A DNA stretch of 64,000 nt from Bdellovibrionales bacterium (lineage in GTDB: Bacteria; Bdellovibrionota; Bdellovibrionia; Bdellovibrionales; UBA1609): NCBI GenBank assembly GCA_014323935.1, contig JACOND010000009.1, forward strand, positions 7,469 through 71,468, read 5' to 3'. This document shows, piece after piece, positions 39,592 to 50,135 of the stretch (positions within the stretch are counted from its first letter, which is position 1; each line of letters starts with the position of its first letter). The position numbers and the translations under genes were made by a program. Under the pieces are notes generated by a model. That model was not told where the DNA came from. It made no database searches and saw only the letters and a program-made list of their open reading frames with translations.

Positions 39592-40776
39592 TTAATTTTG
39601 TAAAGTATAAAGTTTTTTAAGTCCTATGAATTCCTTTTCTTGTAGGTAAGATAAACTGGCTCCTCCTCCTGTAGAGATATGATCTATCTCTCCTTCGTAC
39701 TGTCTCACAGCTAAAGCTGAATGTCCCCCTCCTACAATGCGGTAGGCTGTTTTATGATTTGCTACAAATTGAGCGAGAGATGAAGTTCCTAAAGAATAAA
39801 TTTCATTTTCAAAAAAACCCATCGGACCATTCCAAAAAATAGATTTTGCTTTTCGAATTTGATTTTGAAACATTTGAATGCTTTTTGAACCAATGTCATA
39901 GGCTGTTGCTGTTTCAGGAAAATTCTCTAAATTCCAATTTTTTATTTGATCCTTCCATTGTCCTTTAAAATCGACAGGAAGAAAATAATCTTTATTCCTG
40001 AGTTCTAAACGATCGATAAAATTTTTAGCCAAGTTTAAAGAACTTGTTTCCACTAAAGTTTTTCCAACAAAGCAGTTTTTTGCTTTTAAGAAAGTATAAG
40101 CCATTAATCCTCCAATTAAAAAAATGTCAGCTTGATTTATTAAAGCTTCCATGAGAGGGATTTTATCTTTCAGTTTACTTCCTCCTAAAATCACACACAA
40201 AGGTTTTTCTAAGTCTTGATTGACAAGAGGAGATAACATTTGAATTTCTTTTTCAAATTGAAAACCTACTCCTTTTTCTTTAACAAGTTCTGGTAAAAGA
40301 GAAAGGCTGGTGTGATTTCTGTGAGAGATAGAAAAAGCTTCGTTAATATAAATATCGGTATAATTCGCTAATTTTTTAGCTAGATTCTTATCTAAATTCT
40401 CTTCTCCTCTATGAAATCTTAAATTTTCTAGAAGTATAACTTGAGGAGACTTTAAACCTTTTAGCAGTTTTTTAGGAAGAAGGCTATCTGGTTCTTCGAT
40501 AAATAAAACTTCCAAGTTTTTTTTTTCACTTAAATATTGAGCCACAGTTCTCAAAGATAAACTTAAATCTCTTCCTTTAGGACGACCTAAATGAGAGGCT
40601 AATAAAAGCCGTCCTCCTTGTTTTAAAATAAATTCAATGCTTGCAAAGCTTTTTTCAATTCTATAAGGATCTTGAATGACTTGACCTTGAAGAGGGACAT
40701 TAAAATCCACTCTCATAAATACGTTTTTATCTTTGAAGTCAAATTCTTTTAAAGTTTTAAGTTTTTTTTCTCGCAC
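39592..40776 (-). CDS. pgk: phosphoglycerate kinase
   Basis: RVDFNVP, SHLGRPKG, LENLRF, WNGPMGFFE and HISTGGGASL. Confidence 0.95.
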   Translation of the reverse strand: MREKKLKTLKEFDFKDKNVFMRVDFNVPLQGQVIQDPYRIEKSFASIEFILKQGGRLLLASHLGRPKGRDLSLSLRTVAQYLSEKKNLEVLFIEEPDSLLPKKLLKGLKSPQVILLENLRFHRGEENLDKNLAKKLANYTDIYINEAFSISHRNHTSLSLLPELVKEKGVGFQFEKEIQMLSPLVNQDLEKPLCVILGGSKLKDKIPLMEALINQADIFLIGGLMAYTFLKAKNCFVGKTLVETSSLNLAKNFIDRLELRNKDYFLPVDFKGQWKDQIKNWNLENFPETATAYDIGSKSIQMFQNQIRKAKSIFWNGPMGFFENEIYSLGTSSLAQFVANHKTAYRIVGGGHSALAVRQYEGEIDHISTGGGASLSYLQEKEFIGLKKLYTLQN

Positions 40777-40892
40777 TTCATATAACTTGAGTCAAACTAT
40801 AAGATAAAGTCAAGAATTAATATTTTTGAAAAAACTTGTTTTATGAGCCTAAAAAAGGTAGTTTCAAATGGTTATATCAAGGAGGAAAAGTT

Positions 40893-42167
40893 ATGTTTTT
40901 TCAGAAACATAAAAGAAAATCAAAGGATTTAAAACAAATTGACCCTGATATTTTTTATTGGATTCAACAGGAAAGAAAAAGGCAGAAAGAAGGTTTAGAG
41001 TTAATTGCTTCTGAAAACTATGCCTCTCCTGCGGTATGTAGAGTTCAAGGCTCTTTACTGACGAACAAATATGCAGAAGGTTATCCGGGAAAAAGGTACT
41101 ATGGAGGTTGCAAGTATGTAGATGAATGTGAAATTTTAGCGATTGAAAGACTCAAACAGCTGTTTCAAGTAAATCATGCTAATGTTCAAGCTCACTCTGG
41201 ATCTCAAGCAAATATGGCTGTTTTTTTATCAGAATTAAAACCCGGAGATAAAATCATGGGCTTAGATTTATTTCACGGAGGGCATTTAACACATGGTTCT
41301 CCGGTTAATTTTTCTGGTTTGTTATTTCAATCTGTTTTTTACACCTTAAATTTAGAAACCGAACTTTTAGATTTTAATCAGATTGAAGATCAAGTTAAAA
41401 AAGAAAGACCAAAGCTAATGATTGCTGGTTACAGTGCTTATCCTCGTATTATTGACTTTAAAGCTTTTAGACAGATTGCAGACCGTTATAACTGTTTACT
41501 TTTAGTGGATATGGCTCATATTGCAGGTTTGGTTGCAGGAGGAGTTCATCCCTCTCCGGTGCCTTATGCAGACTATGTTACATCTACAACACATAAAACT
41601 TTAAGAGGACCAAGAGGGGGTTTTATTTTATGTCAAGATTCTCTTAAAGAAAAAAAAATAAAATCCAAAATCTTTCCTGGAATTCAAGGAGGTCCCTTAC
41701 AACATGTGATCGCAGCAAAAGCTGTTGCTTTCAAAGAAGCTTTAGATCCTTCTTTCAAAATTTATGCCCAGCAAATTATAAAAAATACGAAAGTTTTAGA
41801 AAAAGTTTTCCAAAAACAAGGAATAAAAATGAGAACAGGAGGTTCAGACAATCATCTTTTACTTTTAGATTTTTCTCAATTAGGAGTGACAGGAAAGCAA
41901 ATTGAAGAGAGTTTAGAAAAAGCAGGAATCACTGTAAATAAAAACACTGTTCCCGGTGAAAAACGTTCTCCTTTTGTGACAAGTGGAATTCGTATAGGTA
42001 CAGCGGCTTTAACAACAAGAGGGATGAAAGAAACAGAGATGGAACAGATTGGACTTTGGATATCAAAAGTTATTTACAATCCAAGTAATGAAGAAATTTT
42101 ATCAAAAACTCATCAAGAAGTTAAAGAGCTGTGTCAAGGCTTTCCTCTTCCTACTGATGATTTGTAA
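40893..42167 (+). CDS. glyA: serine hydroxymethyltransferase
   Basis: LIASEN, NKYAEGYPGKRYYGGC and TTHKTLRGPRGG; GGAGGA RBS before ATG 40893. Confidence 0.97.
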   Translation: MFFQKHKRKSKDLKQIDPDIFYWIQQERKRQKEGLELIASENYASPAVCRVQGSLLTNKYAEGYPGKRYYGGCKYVDECEILAIERLKQLFQVNHANVQAHSGSQANMAVFLSELKPGDKIMGLDLFHGGHLTHGSPVNFSGLLFQSVFYTLNLETELLDFNQIEDQVKKERPKLMIAGYSAYPRIIDFKAFRQIADRYNCLLLVDMAHIAGLVAGGVHPSPVPYADYVTSTTHKTLRGPRGGFILCQDSLKEKKIKSKIFPGIQGGPLQHVIAAKAVAFKEALDPSFKIYAQQIIKNTKVLEKVFQKQGIKMRTGGSDNHLLLLDFSQLGVTGKQIEESLEKAGITVNKNTVPGEKRSPFVTSGIRIGTAALTTRGMKETEMEQIGLWISKVIYNPSNEEILSKTHQEVKELCQGFPLPTDDL

Positions 42168-42624
42168 AGATCTAGAATTTAAATTTTTTTATAGCTTTAC
42201 AGTTCTTTTCTTTTTAAGTTCCTGTCATTTGATTCAAAAAACAAAAAAATTAAACTTTCAGTTTCCTTTAAAAAAATATCATCTCACACAAAAATACAAA
42301 GCTTTCCATAAAAAACTTCACCTCGGTATTGATTTAAAAGCTCCCTTAGGAACTCCTGTTTTAAGTGTGGAAAGGGGTATAGTAGTTTATGTAGGAAGTC
42401 AGTTTACAGGATACGGAAAAGTTATTCTTATAGAACACAGTCCTCATTGGACAAGCCTCTATGCTCATCTCAATAGCTTTCAAGTGAAATTAGGTCAAAA
42501 GCTTCAAAAAGGACAGCAGATAGGAACAGTAGGACAAACTGGCAAAGCAACAGGAGTTCATCTACATTTTGAGCTTTTTTTTAACAAAAAAAATGTAAAC
42601 CCTTTAAATTATTTTAAATACTGA
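42157..42624 (+). CDS. M23 family peptidase lipoprotein
   Basis: Lipobox LSSC, HLGID, YAHL and TGVHLHFE. Confidence 0.88.
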   Translation: MICKDLEFKFFYSFTVLFFLSSCHLIQKTKKLNFQFPLKKYHLTQKYKAFHKKLHLGIDLKAPLGTPVLSVERGIVVYVGSQFTGYGKVILIEHSPHWTSLYAHLNSFQVKLGQKLQKGQQIGTVGQTGKATGVHLHFELFFNKKNVNPLNYFKY

Positions 42625-42680
42625 TCACATTCTGGAGGGGGATCTTGATCTTCACATTCTTCTGGGAGAGGTGGCTTATC

Positions 42681-42793
42681 ATTTTCAGCAATCTCATTAA
42701 TTATTGGAGGGGGGTAGACAAGAATCCTCGCAAGAAAAATCTATAAATTCTTCAATAAAACTTTCTGCTGAACTGTTATTTTCAGCAATCTCA
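42681..42793. repeat. 16-bp direct repeat ATTTTCAGCAATCTCA (42681-42696 and 42778-42793)
   Basis: One copy lies inside the lipoprotein 3' end and the other immediately after its stop codon. Confidence 0.85.
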
Positions 42794-43536
42794 GAAAAAG
42801 CTTGATTTCCTGCTATGGGATCTTGGTTAACAGCTCTACAAGCAGAATAACACATCATACTGTCTTCATCACCACAATAATAGGTCCTCTTCTCAGAAAC
42901 ACAGTTTCTTTTTTCTTCCCCTGATAGCCCGCCACATTTAAGATCATCACATCTTTCTTTTAAAATGGAATAATTATCTCTAGTTATTTCAAGAAGAAGA
43001 TTAAAAACTCCTTCATAAAGATCAAAGTCTTCATCATTTTCATAAGCTGATTCAATCGCATCAGCGATTCCTTTTTCAGAAGCAATCCACCGAAGAGTTG
43101 TTTTAGCTTCTGAAATTGTTACATCTTCAGTAAATGTTATCCATGGTTCTAAAGAGACATCTAGAAAATTTTTAAAGTTTTTTGATTCCAGATTTTTAAA
43201 AGAACTGTAAGCAGGATCATAAAAAGCATCTTCAATGTCTTGAAAATCATAAACTTCTCTATAAGATAAATCAGAACACTTTTCAACTCGTCCCTCAGCT
43301 TCATCCCTTTGACTTAAACTTAAATCATCATCATAGATATCTTCACAGATATCTTCACAGTCTGCATTATCTCTGCAAATCCCTCTGATATCTGAGCTAA
43401 ATCTTCTTCTATCTCTTGGACGACTGCCTTCTTTAGAGGGAGCTAAAATTAAAGAATCTTGATGAGAAAAACCATCTCCTCCTAAAATACAAGAGGATAA
43501 TAAAAATAGATTGCTTATTAAAATGAGTTTTTTCAT
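42697..43536 (-). CDS. Cys-rich lipoprotein (paralog C)
   Basis: Lipobox LSSC, C-x5-C-x3-C motif and LRWIA. Confidence 0.8.
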   Translation of the reverse strand: MKKLILISNLFLLSSCILGGDGFSHQDSLILAPSKEGSRPRDRRRFSSDIRGICRDNADCEDICEDIYDDDLSLSQRDEAEGRVEKCSDLSYREVYDFQDIEDAFYDPAYSSFKNLESKNFKNFLDVSLEPWITFTEDVTISEAKTTLRWIASEKGIADAIESAYENDEDFDLYEGVFNLLLEITRDNYSILKERCDDLKCGGLSGEEKRNCVSEKRTYYCGDEDSMMCYSACRAVNQDPIAGNQAFSEIAENNSSAESFIEEFIDFSCEDSCLPPSNN

Positions 43537-43547
43537 ACTTTCTCCTT

Positions 43548-44606
43548 TTATCTTTGTTTTCTACATTTTGAGGTTTCAGATCTCGCTCCTCCACAAAACT
43601 TATTACATCTGTCAACAGTTATAGGATTGTCCTCAAAAAAGTTATCTCTTATTTCATCTTCTTCAATAAGATCATCTAAAAAAGACCAAACGTCGGCTCC
43701 ATGAGTATAACAAAGCCCCCCTGAACTTCGTTGCCTTGAATCTGTAGAAGTTCTACAAGAACTGTTATCAGATCTTCTTCGACTGTATCCAAAAACTCTA
43801 GACCTTGATCTTGAAAAAGAAGTCCTATCTTCTCTGGCACAAAAAATCTCTAACTTACAGTCGTTTCCAGAACAAAAATCATCTAAAAGCTCATAAGCTA
43901 ATATAAACCCATATTCATTATTATAACTTGCAGTGAGGGACAAGAAAGTATCATCGATTCCTACTAAATCAGTGTTGAAACCGGTTTGTATTTGATTTCT
44001 TGAATTTGTATTATAGTCACCTAAAATCTCAAAAGCTTCTTCTAAAATCTTAAGAGAAGCTTTTTTTTCATCTAAAAAAACTTGTGAAACATCTTCATTC
44101 ACAGCGATCCAAGCTAAAAAAAACTTTACATCTCCTTCACTCATCCTTCTTGCAACTAAGTCATATAAAAGTTCCTCATCAAATTCTAAAAGAGCCTTTA
44201 TAAAACCCGGAGAAATATCCGCTGAATTTAAATCAGATATATTCACAAGTTTTATAAGATCTTTTTCTAAACTTTCTATAAAATCCACAGGAGCTCTGTA
44301 ACATCTCTTATAAAAACTGACAGAAAAATTCTCCTGACATATTCTAACACAAGATTTTAAATCTCCACACTCCTGTCCCCTATAATTAATACCATATCCT
44401 GAATAACGGTCTTTTATAAAAGACCTTACTACAGTTTTAGAAGTATTATTTCTAAGACGGTTAAGAGTATCTAAACGGTCAGAGTCCCTCACAACATCTC
44501 TTTCTTGATAAGTGTTTCTATAGTCCCTCTCTCTCCTCTCTCTTCCTTCTTTATTTCCACATGAAAAAAGAAATAAACTCATTAAAATTATTTTAAAAAA
44601 TTTCAT
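43548..44606 (-). CDS. Cys-rich lipoprotein (paralog B)
   Basis: Lipobox LFSC, C-x5-C-x3-C motif and FLAWIA. Confidence 0.8.
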   Translation of the reverse strand: MKFFKIILMSLFLFSCGNKEGRERRERDYRNTYQERDVVRDSDRLDTLNRLRNNTSKTVVRSFIKDRYSGYGINYRGQECGDLKSCVRICQENFSVSFYKRCYRAPVDFIESLEKDLIKLVNISDLNSADISPGFIKALLEFDEELLYDLVARRMSEGDVKFFLAWIAVNEDVSQVFLDEKKASLKILEEAFEILGDYNTNSRNQIQTGFNTDLVGIDDTFLSLTASYNNEYGFILAYELLDDFCSGNDCKLEIFCAREDRTSFSRSRSRVFGYSRRRSDNSSCRTSTDSRQRSSGGLCYTHGADVWSFLDDLIEEDEIRDNFFEDNPITVDRCNKFCGGARSETSKCRKQR

Positions 44607-44609
44607 AAC

Positions 44610-45452
44610 TCATCCTAAACAAAATTCCTTAAATGAACCTGTATAGCTCGGTTCCCTTTTTAACAGCTCTGCTAAAATTTCAAATTTAACGATCTCCTTT
44701 AAAATTTCTCTCTCACTTTTCTTATTGATTTCACAGTATCCTTTTAAAATGCACTGTCTCAATTTCTCTCCTTTTTTTTCCTTGCAATAAATTTGACTTA
44801 AATAATTATTTAACCATATAAGAGCTACATCATTTTGTTTTAACCAAGCCAATTCTATAAAATTCCTATTTTCACTCATTTCTTCTTTCAAAGAATTTAT
44901 CGGAAAATGACTTAATTTATTTAAAAATAATTGCATATAAACCAATTTTACATCTTCTTCTTTAAAAACTGTTGCAATTTTCCAATTTTCAAGAGTCCAA
45001 ACTAAAAAAACTTTAATAGAACTAGGAGATAATTGACTTAAAAAATCAAAAAATAACTTGCTACTTAATTTAAAAAAAATCTTTAAATCAAAGGGATTTA
45101 TTTTTCTTAACTCTGCAATATCTTTTGTTAAAATCAGCTGATAAAGTTTTTCAATTTGATAAATTTGTTGAGATTTTAATTTCTGACACTCTTTTCGACT
45201 CGAAGAGGTAAAAAATAATCTATTACAAATTTTAATACATTTGTTTTCTTTAGAACAAAGGGGGCTTCCTAAATAGATTATATGAGATTGCTTAAAACTT
45301 TTTTGTTTACTAGAGCTGTGTTTAGGTTCTATAAAAGATACTTTTAAATTTTTAGATTTTAAATGAAGAGCTTTTTGAGATTGAAAATCACAAGAAATTA
45401 TGAAAAAAACTATAAAACAACCTTGAATTTTTTTTTTAAACACATATCTCAA
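44610..45452 (-). CDS. Cys-rich lipoprotein (paralog A)
   Basis: Lipobox IISC, C-x5-C-x3-C motif and FLVWT. Confidence 0.75.
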   Translation of the reverse strand: MRYVFKKKIQGCFIVFFIISCDFQSQKALHLKSKNLKVSFIEPKHSSSKQKSFKQSHIIYLGSPLCSKENKCIKICNRLFFTSSSRKECQKLKSQQIYQIEKLYQLILTKDIAELRKINPFDLKIFFKLSSKLFFDFLSQLSPSSIKVFLVWTLENWKIATVFKEEDVKLVYMQLFLNKLSHFPINSLKEEMSENRNFIELAWLKQNDVALIWLNNYLSQIYCKEKKGEKLRQCILKGYCEINKKSEREILKEIVKFEILAELLKREPSYTGSFKEFCLG

Positions 45453-45472
45453 AGACTTTTGAGTTCATTAAA

Positions 45473-45847
45473 TTACGGCTCTAGTTCAGTGTTATTTGCC
45501 ATTTCTTCTACCGTTGAAATACCAGAAGGTATGAGATCTTCTGAAAATTCAGACGATTCATTTAGATTTGATTTTGAATGCTTATTTGACTTATTAGCAA
45601 TGCTTACAAATTCAGCCAGAGGAATCGTCCATATCAATTGATTTCTTCTAGAGATATTAAGTTTTTTATAAGAGTTTCCAAGATGAAATTTAATTGTTTT
45701 TTCTGCAACACAGAGTCGATTAGCGACTTCTTTATTTATCAATCCCTGTAAGACTAAAATGACAACCTCTATTTCTGAACGAGACAGGTTCTTTTTTTGA
45801 AAATAATCTCTTAAAAAAGCTTTATGTTCTTGACTTAGACTCTGCAT
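45473..45847 (-). CDS. stand-alone LuxR/GerE-type HTH regulator
   Basis: LSRSEIEVVILVLQGLINKEVANRLCVAEKTIKFHLGNSYKKL; AGGAGG RBS. Confidence 0.9.
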   Translation of the reverse strand: MQSLSQEHKAFLRDYFQKKNLSRSEIEVVILVLQGLINKEVANRLCVAEKTIKFHLGNSYKKLNISRRNQLIWTIPLAEFVSIANKSNKHSKSNLNESSEFSEDLIPSGISTVEEMANNTELEP

Positions 45848-46016
45848 ATATTCCCTCCTTGGATTAATATATCTAAATTTTTTAAATATGAATTTTATTA
45901 TTAAGTAAAAAGACTAAAATAATCAAGTTTTTTTTTTATTTTTTAAAAAAAAACCTAGACTTTAATTGAGTAAAGTTCTTAAAAAATTTTTCTGAGAATT
46001 CTCAAAAAGCTTGGTT

Positions 46017-48545
46017 TTATAAAGTCTTTTCAGCCTCTACTCTCTCTTTTCTAAGCTTTAATTCCTCCTGCCATTTTTGTATTTGATTCAATGCATCTAT
46101 AGGGCTTTGAGTCATTAAAGGATAGTTTAAAACTTTTTTTTCAAAACTGTCTAACTTAAATTGAGATTCTTGTTCTTTTTTGTCATGAAACAAGTCTTGA
46201 TCTTTTGTATTTAAAAAATTCTTTTCTTTTTTTTTTAACAAACTGTCATGTTGAGAGAGTAATTCTTCAGCTCTTTTTAAGACTGAAAAAGGAAGACCTG
46301 CTAAACGAGCCACAGGAATACCATAAGATTTACTTGCTGGTCCTAGTTTTAATAAATAAGAAAAATGGATTTTTCCATCGAGTTCTTTAATTTTCATAGA
46401 AAAGTTACGAATAGATGAATTTTTTTCAGCAAGCCGAGTGAGTTCTTGATAATGAGTTGCTGAAAATAATAAAGCTTTTTTTTCTATCGTTAAAAATTCT
46501 AGGATAGCTTGAGCTAAACTCATTCCATCAAAAGTCGCAGTTCCCCTTCCTAATTCATCTAACAAAATGAAACTTTTAGAATCAGATTGTTCTAAAATTT
46601 CCGCGGTTTCTTTCATCTCAACCATAAAAGTAGAGAGACCTTTAGATAAAAAGTCACTCGCTCCCATGCGAGTGAACATTTTATGAAAGATAGGAAGCTC
46701 TGCTTGATCGGCAGGCACAAAACAACCAGTTTGAGCCATCAGTACAGTTAAAGCAAATTGTCTCATAAGAGTACTTTTTCCTGCCATGTTAGGTCCTGTT
46801 AAAATGACCGTTTGATGAGAAGGTAATTCAATGGTATTAGAAACAAATTCATGAGGAACTTTTTGTTCTAAAACAGGATGGCGAGAGGCTTTTAATTTAA
46901 AATCTTTTCCTAATTGAGGTCTGACATATTTATTTTCAAGACTTAAATAAGCAAGGGAACTAGAAACATCAACCTCACTACAAGCTTCACATAAAGAAAG
47001 TAAAGAAGAGAGATCTTCTAAAATTTCAGTTTTGAGGTCATTAAAAATTTGAATCTCACATTCAATCTGTTTTGATTTTGCAGATAAAATTTTTTGCTCT
47101 AATTCATAAAGCTCCTCTGTCATATATCGCTCGGCTTGAACTAAAGTTTGCTTTCTTTTGTAATAAGAGGGAACTTTAGAACTATAAGCTTTACGGATTT
47201 CTATATAATATCCAGAGATAGAATTGTATCGGATTTTTAAAGAAGGTATTTTTAACTTTTTTTGTTCTTTCTGTTCCATTTCTAAAATCAGAGCCTGGGA
47301 ATTTTTAGAAATCTTCATCCATTCATCTAATTGAGGATTCACTCCAAAATTAATCGTGCCTCCTTGTTTTAAATCAGAAGGACAGGATAAAGATATCACA
47401 TGTTTAATTTTATCGACCAACTGCTGGGAGTTTTTTAAAAAACTTTCCGCAGAACACCAAGGATAAGATTCTTTTTTTAAAAGCTTTTCTACTTTTAAAG
47501 AAGCTTCTAAAAAATCACTGACAGCCAAAAGATCTTTTCCTTTGACTTGAGGTTGAACCAACTTGCCTATTTTTCTTTCTCCATCTCCTTGAAAAGATAA
47601 AAGACGACGTACGTCTTCTAAAAGTTTCAAATGAGATAACCACCAATCTAAAACATCCCATCTTTTTTCTATCTCTTGTTTATCAATGAGAGGACTTTGA
47701 AGTCTTTTTTTTAAAAGACGAGCTCCATGAGGAGTCTTTGTTCGATTCATAGATGTAAACAAAGTATCTTTCGTCGATCCTTCATAATTTTTAAAAATTT
47801 CTAGATGAGAATAAAGTTGACTTGAATAATACATTTCCTGATTTAAGCTTCTTTTTTCAAACAGACCAATATTTTTTAAACTGTTCTCTCCCTGCATAGA
47901 GTAAACATAATACAAAAGCCTTTTTGTGCTTTTAGGATGTTTGTGGTACTTATCTAAGAAAGAAGCCGATTGAGGAAGGGGTTTATCAAAAAGACTTAAA
48001 TTAAAATGAGAAGAAAAAAACATTTTATTCCTTTGAACTTGAGTCAGTACAATTTCTTTAGGTTGAAATTGATTTAAAAGCTTAAAAAAATCATTTTTAT
48101 CAGAAAATAAATAATAAAAAGAAGAACCCGTTGAAATATCTAAAAAACTAATAGAGTTTTGATCAAAGGCCGTAAGATAATTAGGACTTAAACTATCTAA
48201 GCTGTCCAAATCATACACCATACCAGGACTTAAAATTCTCGTCACAGCTCTTTTTACAAGTCCTGAACTATCACTTAAACCTTCTATTTGATCACAAATA
48301 GCAACATGCAAACCCTCGGCTAAAAGCTTAGAAATAGGACTTGAAATACTATGATGAGGCACTCCACACATTTTTGTTTTTACACCAGATTTTTTATTTC
48401 TGTAAGTTAAAGCTATATTTAAAATAGGAGCTGCTTTAATGGCATCTTCATTAAACATTTCAAAAAAATCTCCCATCCTAAAAAAGAGAATTTTATCTTT
48501 GTGCTGATTTTTAATCTCATAATACTGTGTCATTAAAGGAGTCAT
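46017..48545 (-). CDS. mutS: DNA mismatch repair protein MutS
   Basis: TPLMTQY, FFRMGDFFEMF, TGPNMAGKST, STFMVEM and DELGRGT. Confidence 0.97.
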   Translation of the reverse strand: MTPLMTQYYEIKNQHKDKILFFRMGDFFEMFNEDAIKAAPILNIALTYRNKKSGVKTKMCGVPHHSISSPISKLLAEGLHVAICDQIEGLSDSSGLVKRAVTRILSPGMVYDLDSLDSLSPNYLTAFDQNSISFLDISTGSSFYYLFSDKNDFFKLLNQFQPKEIVLTQVQRNKMFFSSHFNLSLFDKPLPQSASFLDKYHKHPKSTKRLLYYVYSMQGENSLKNIGLFEKRSLNQEMYYSSQLYSHLEIFKNYEGSTKDTLFTSMNRTKTPHGARLLKKRLQSPLIDKQEIEKRWDVLDWWLSHLKLLEDVRRLLSFQGDGERKIGKLVQPQVKGKDLLAVSDFLEASLKVEKLLKKESYPWCSAESFLKNSQQLVDKIKHVISLSCPSDLKQGGTINFGVNPQLDEWMKISKNSQALILEMEQKEQKKLKIPSLKIRYNSISGYYIEIRKAYSSKVPSYYKRKQTLVQAERYMTEELYELEQKILSAKSKQIECEIQIFNDLKTEILEDLSSLLSLCEACSEVDVSSSLAYLSLENKYVRPQLGKDFKLKASRHPVLEQKVPHEFVSNTIELPSHQTVILTGPNMAGKSTLMRQFALTVLMAQTGCFVPADQAELPIFHKMFTRMGASDFLSKGLSTFMVEMKETAEILEQSDSKSFILLDELGRGTATFDGMSLAQAILEFLTIEKKALLFSATHYQELTRLAEKNSSIRNFSMKIKELDGKIHFSYLLKLGPASKSYGIPVARLAGLPFSVLKRAEELLSQHDSLLKKKEKNFLNTKDQDLFHDKKEQESQFKLDSFEKKVLNYPLMTQSPIDALNQIQKWQEELKLRKERVEAEKTL

Positions 48546-48686
48546 CGAAAAACCTTCATTTAAAAATTAGCTATTAAATTTTCTGTTTTAAACAAATTCT
48601 TATTTTTTCATAAATAAATAAATATTACAAAAATTGAAGCAAAGCATAAAACAGTTCTTTTTTATAAAAAAGAATTCCGGATGTTT

Positions 48687-49184
48687 TTAGAGAAGTTTTT
48701 TTAAATCTGTACTTGATTTTAAAGATTTTATCTTTTGTTTTTTTTGAAAGATATCTAATTTTTTTTCTAAAGTTTTATTTTGAAGAGCTAATATTCTAAT
48801 TGCTAGAAGAGCTGCATTATAGCTATTATCTATAGCAACAGTAGAAACAGGAACTCCTTTAGGCATCTGAACAATAGATAATAAGGAATCTAAACCTTTA
48901 AGTTTTTTTAAAGAAATAGGAACTCCGATAACAGGTAAAGATGTTAAACTTGCCACCATGCCTGGTAAATGAGCAGCTCCTCCCGCTCCGGCTATAATAA
49001 CCTGAAGACCTCTTTGTTTTGCTTTGAGAGAGTACTCCTGCATAAATTCAGGAGATCGATGAGCAGATACAACTTTTAACTCTGAGGCTATTTTCCAGTC
49101 TTTCAATAAATGAACAGCATCCTTCATGACTTTCATATCAGAAGGGCTTCCCATAATGACAGCAACCTTACATTTCTCTTTCAT
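48687..49184 (-). CDS. purE: N5-CAIR mutase
   Basis: [23 protein letters not shown] and [11 protein letters not shown]. Confidence 0.96.
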   Translation of the reverse strand: MKEKCKVAVIMGSPSDMKVMKDAVHLLKDWKIASELKVVSAHRSPEFMQEYSLKAKQRGLQVIIAGAGGAAHLPGMVASLTSLPVIGVPISLKKLKGLDSLLSIVQMPKGVPVSTVAIDNSYNAALLAIRILALQNKTLEKKLDIFQKKQKIKSLKSSTDLKKLL

Positions 49185-49256
49185 TTTATAAAGGAAGCAT
49201 ATTTTAATATTGAATTCAATCCATTTCTATTGACAAAAAGTAAAATCAACTTTTTT

Positions 49257-49946
49257 ATGAGCTATATGTTTTTAAAAATTTTATCTTTGTTAATCATTTT
49301 GTTTTCTTATTCAGAGAAAACAAAAATTCCAAATGTCTCTTTAAACAAAGATTTTAAATTAAATCAAAGCTCTTTCAAAAATGAAGAAAAACTTAAATCT
49401 TTTTCTTTAAATAAAATAAGGGATTTAAATAATTTTTTTAAAAGCAATACTCCTCTTATCATTCATAATAAAGCGATAGAATTGTTACAAAAAGAAAAGC
49501 GAGATATTGCTCTTCTTTTATTAAAAAAAAATATCTATCAAAATCTTTTTATCCCTTCTTATTTTACCCTTATAAAATCTGAAGAAACTGTCTTTTTACC
49601 TCCTCTTTTCCTTTTATTTGCTCTTTTTGTAATAAGTCTTATTATTTTTATTTATGCTTTGATAGATTTAAAATCTAAAAAAATATCTTCTTTTAAAAAG
49701 TATGGAAGTTTTTTATTTGTTTTTATGTGTTTATTAAGCAGTTCTTTTTTTTTTAAAAAAAGAATCAGTTTTCTTGAAGAAAAAGACATAAGAACTCTTC
49801 CTTTTTTATCCTTAAAACCAAAAGATAAGGTAGGTTTAGGGGAAGAGTTGATTTTATTAGAAAAAAACTCAAACTGGCTCTATGTTGAAACCAGCAACAA
49901 AAAGAAAGTTTGGATTCAAAAAGAAGAATTTTTTGAATTGTTTTAA
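49257..49946 (+). CDS. hypothetical membrane protein with C-terminal SH3-like domain (BatE-like)
   Basis: Signal, two TM segments and GEELILLEKNSNWLYVE...KVWI; the ORF-track start overlaps purE and is not preferred. Confidence 0.6.
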   Translation: MSYMFLKILSLLIILFSYSEKTKIPNVSLNKDFKLNQSSFKNEEKLKSFSLNKIRDLNNFFKSNTPLIIHNKAIELLQKEKRDIALLLLKKNIYQNLFIPSYFTLIKSEETVFLPPLFLLFALFVISLIIFIYALIDLKSKKISSFKKYGSFLFVFMCLLSSSFFFKKRISFLEEKDIRTLPFLSLKPKDKVGLGEELILLEKNSNWLYVETSNKKKVWIQKEEFFELF

Positions 49947-50135
49947 CCCCTTTTCTTCCTTATCAAAAGAGAGATTTTATATTTTTTTAGAAGTAAAAAG
50001 AAGCTATATCAATTTATTCTTTAAAACCGCTTTGAATTTAAACTTTTCTCTAATAAAATCATTTGACATCATCTAACAATGAATTAAATATAAAAGATAA
50101 ATTGATATGTTTTTATTGAATTCAATAAGGATCTC

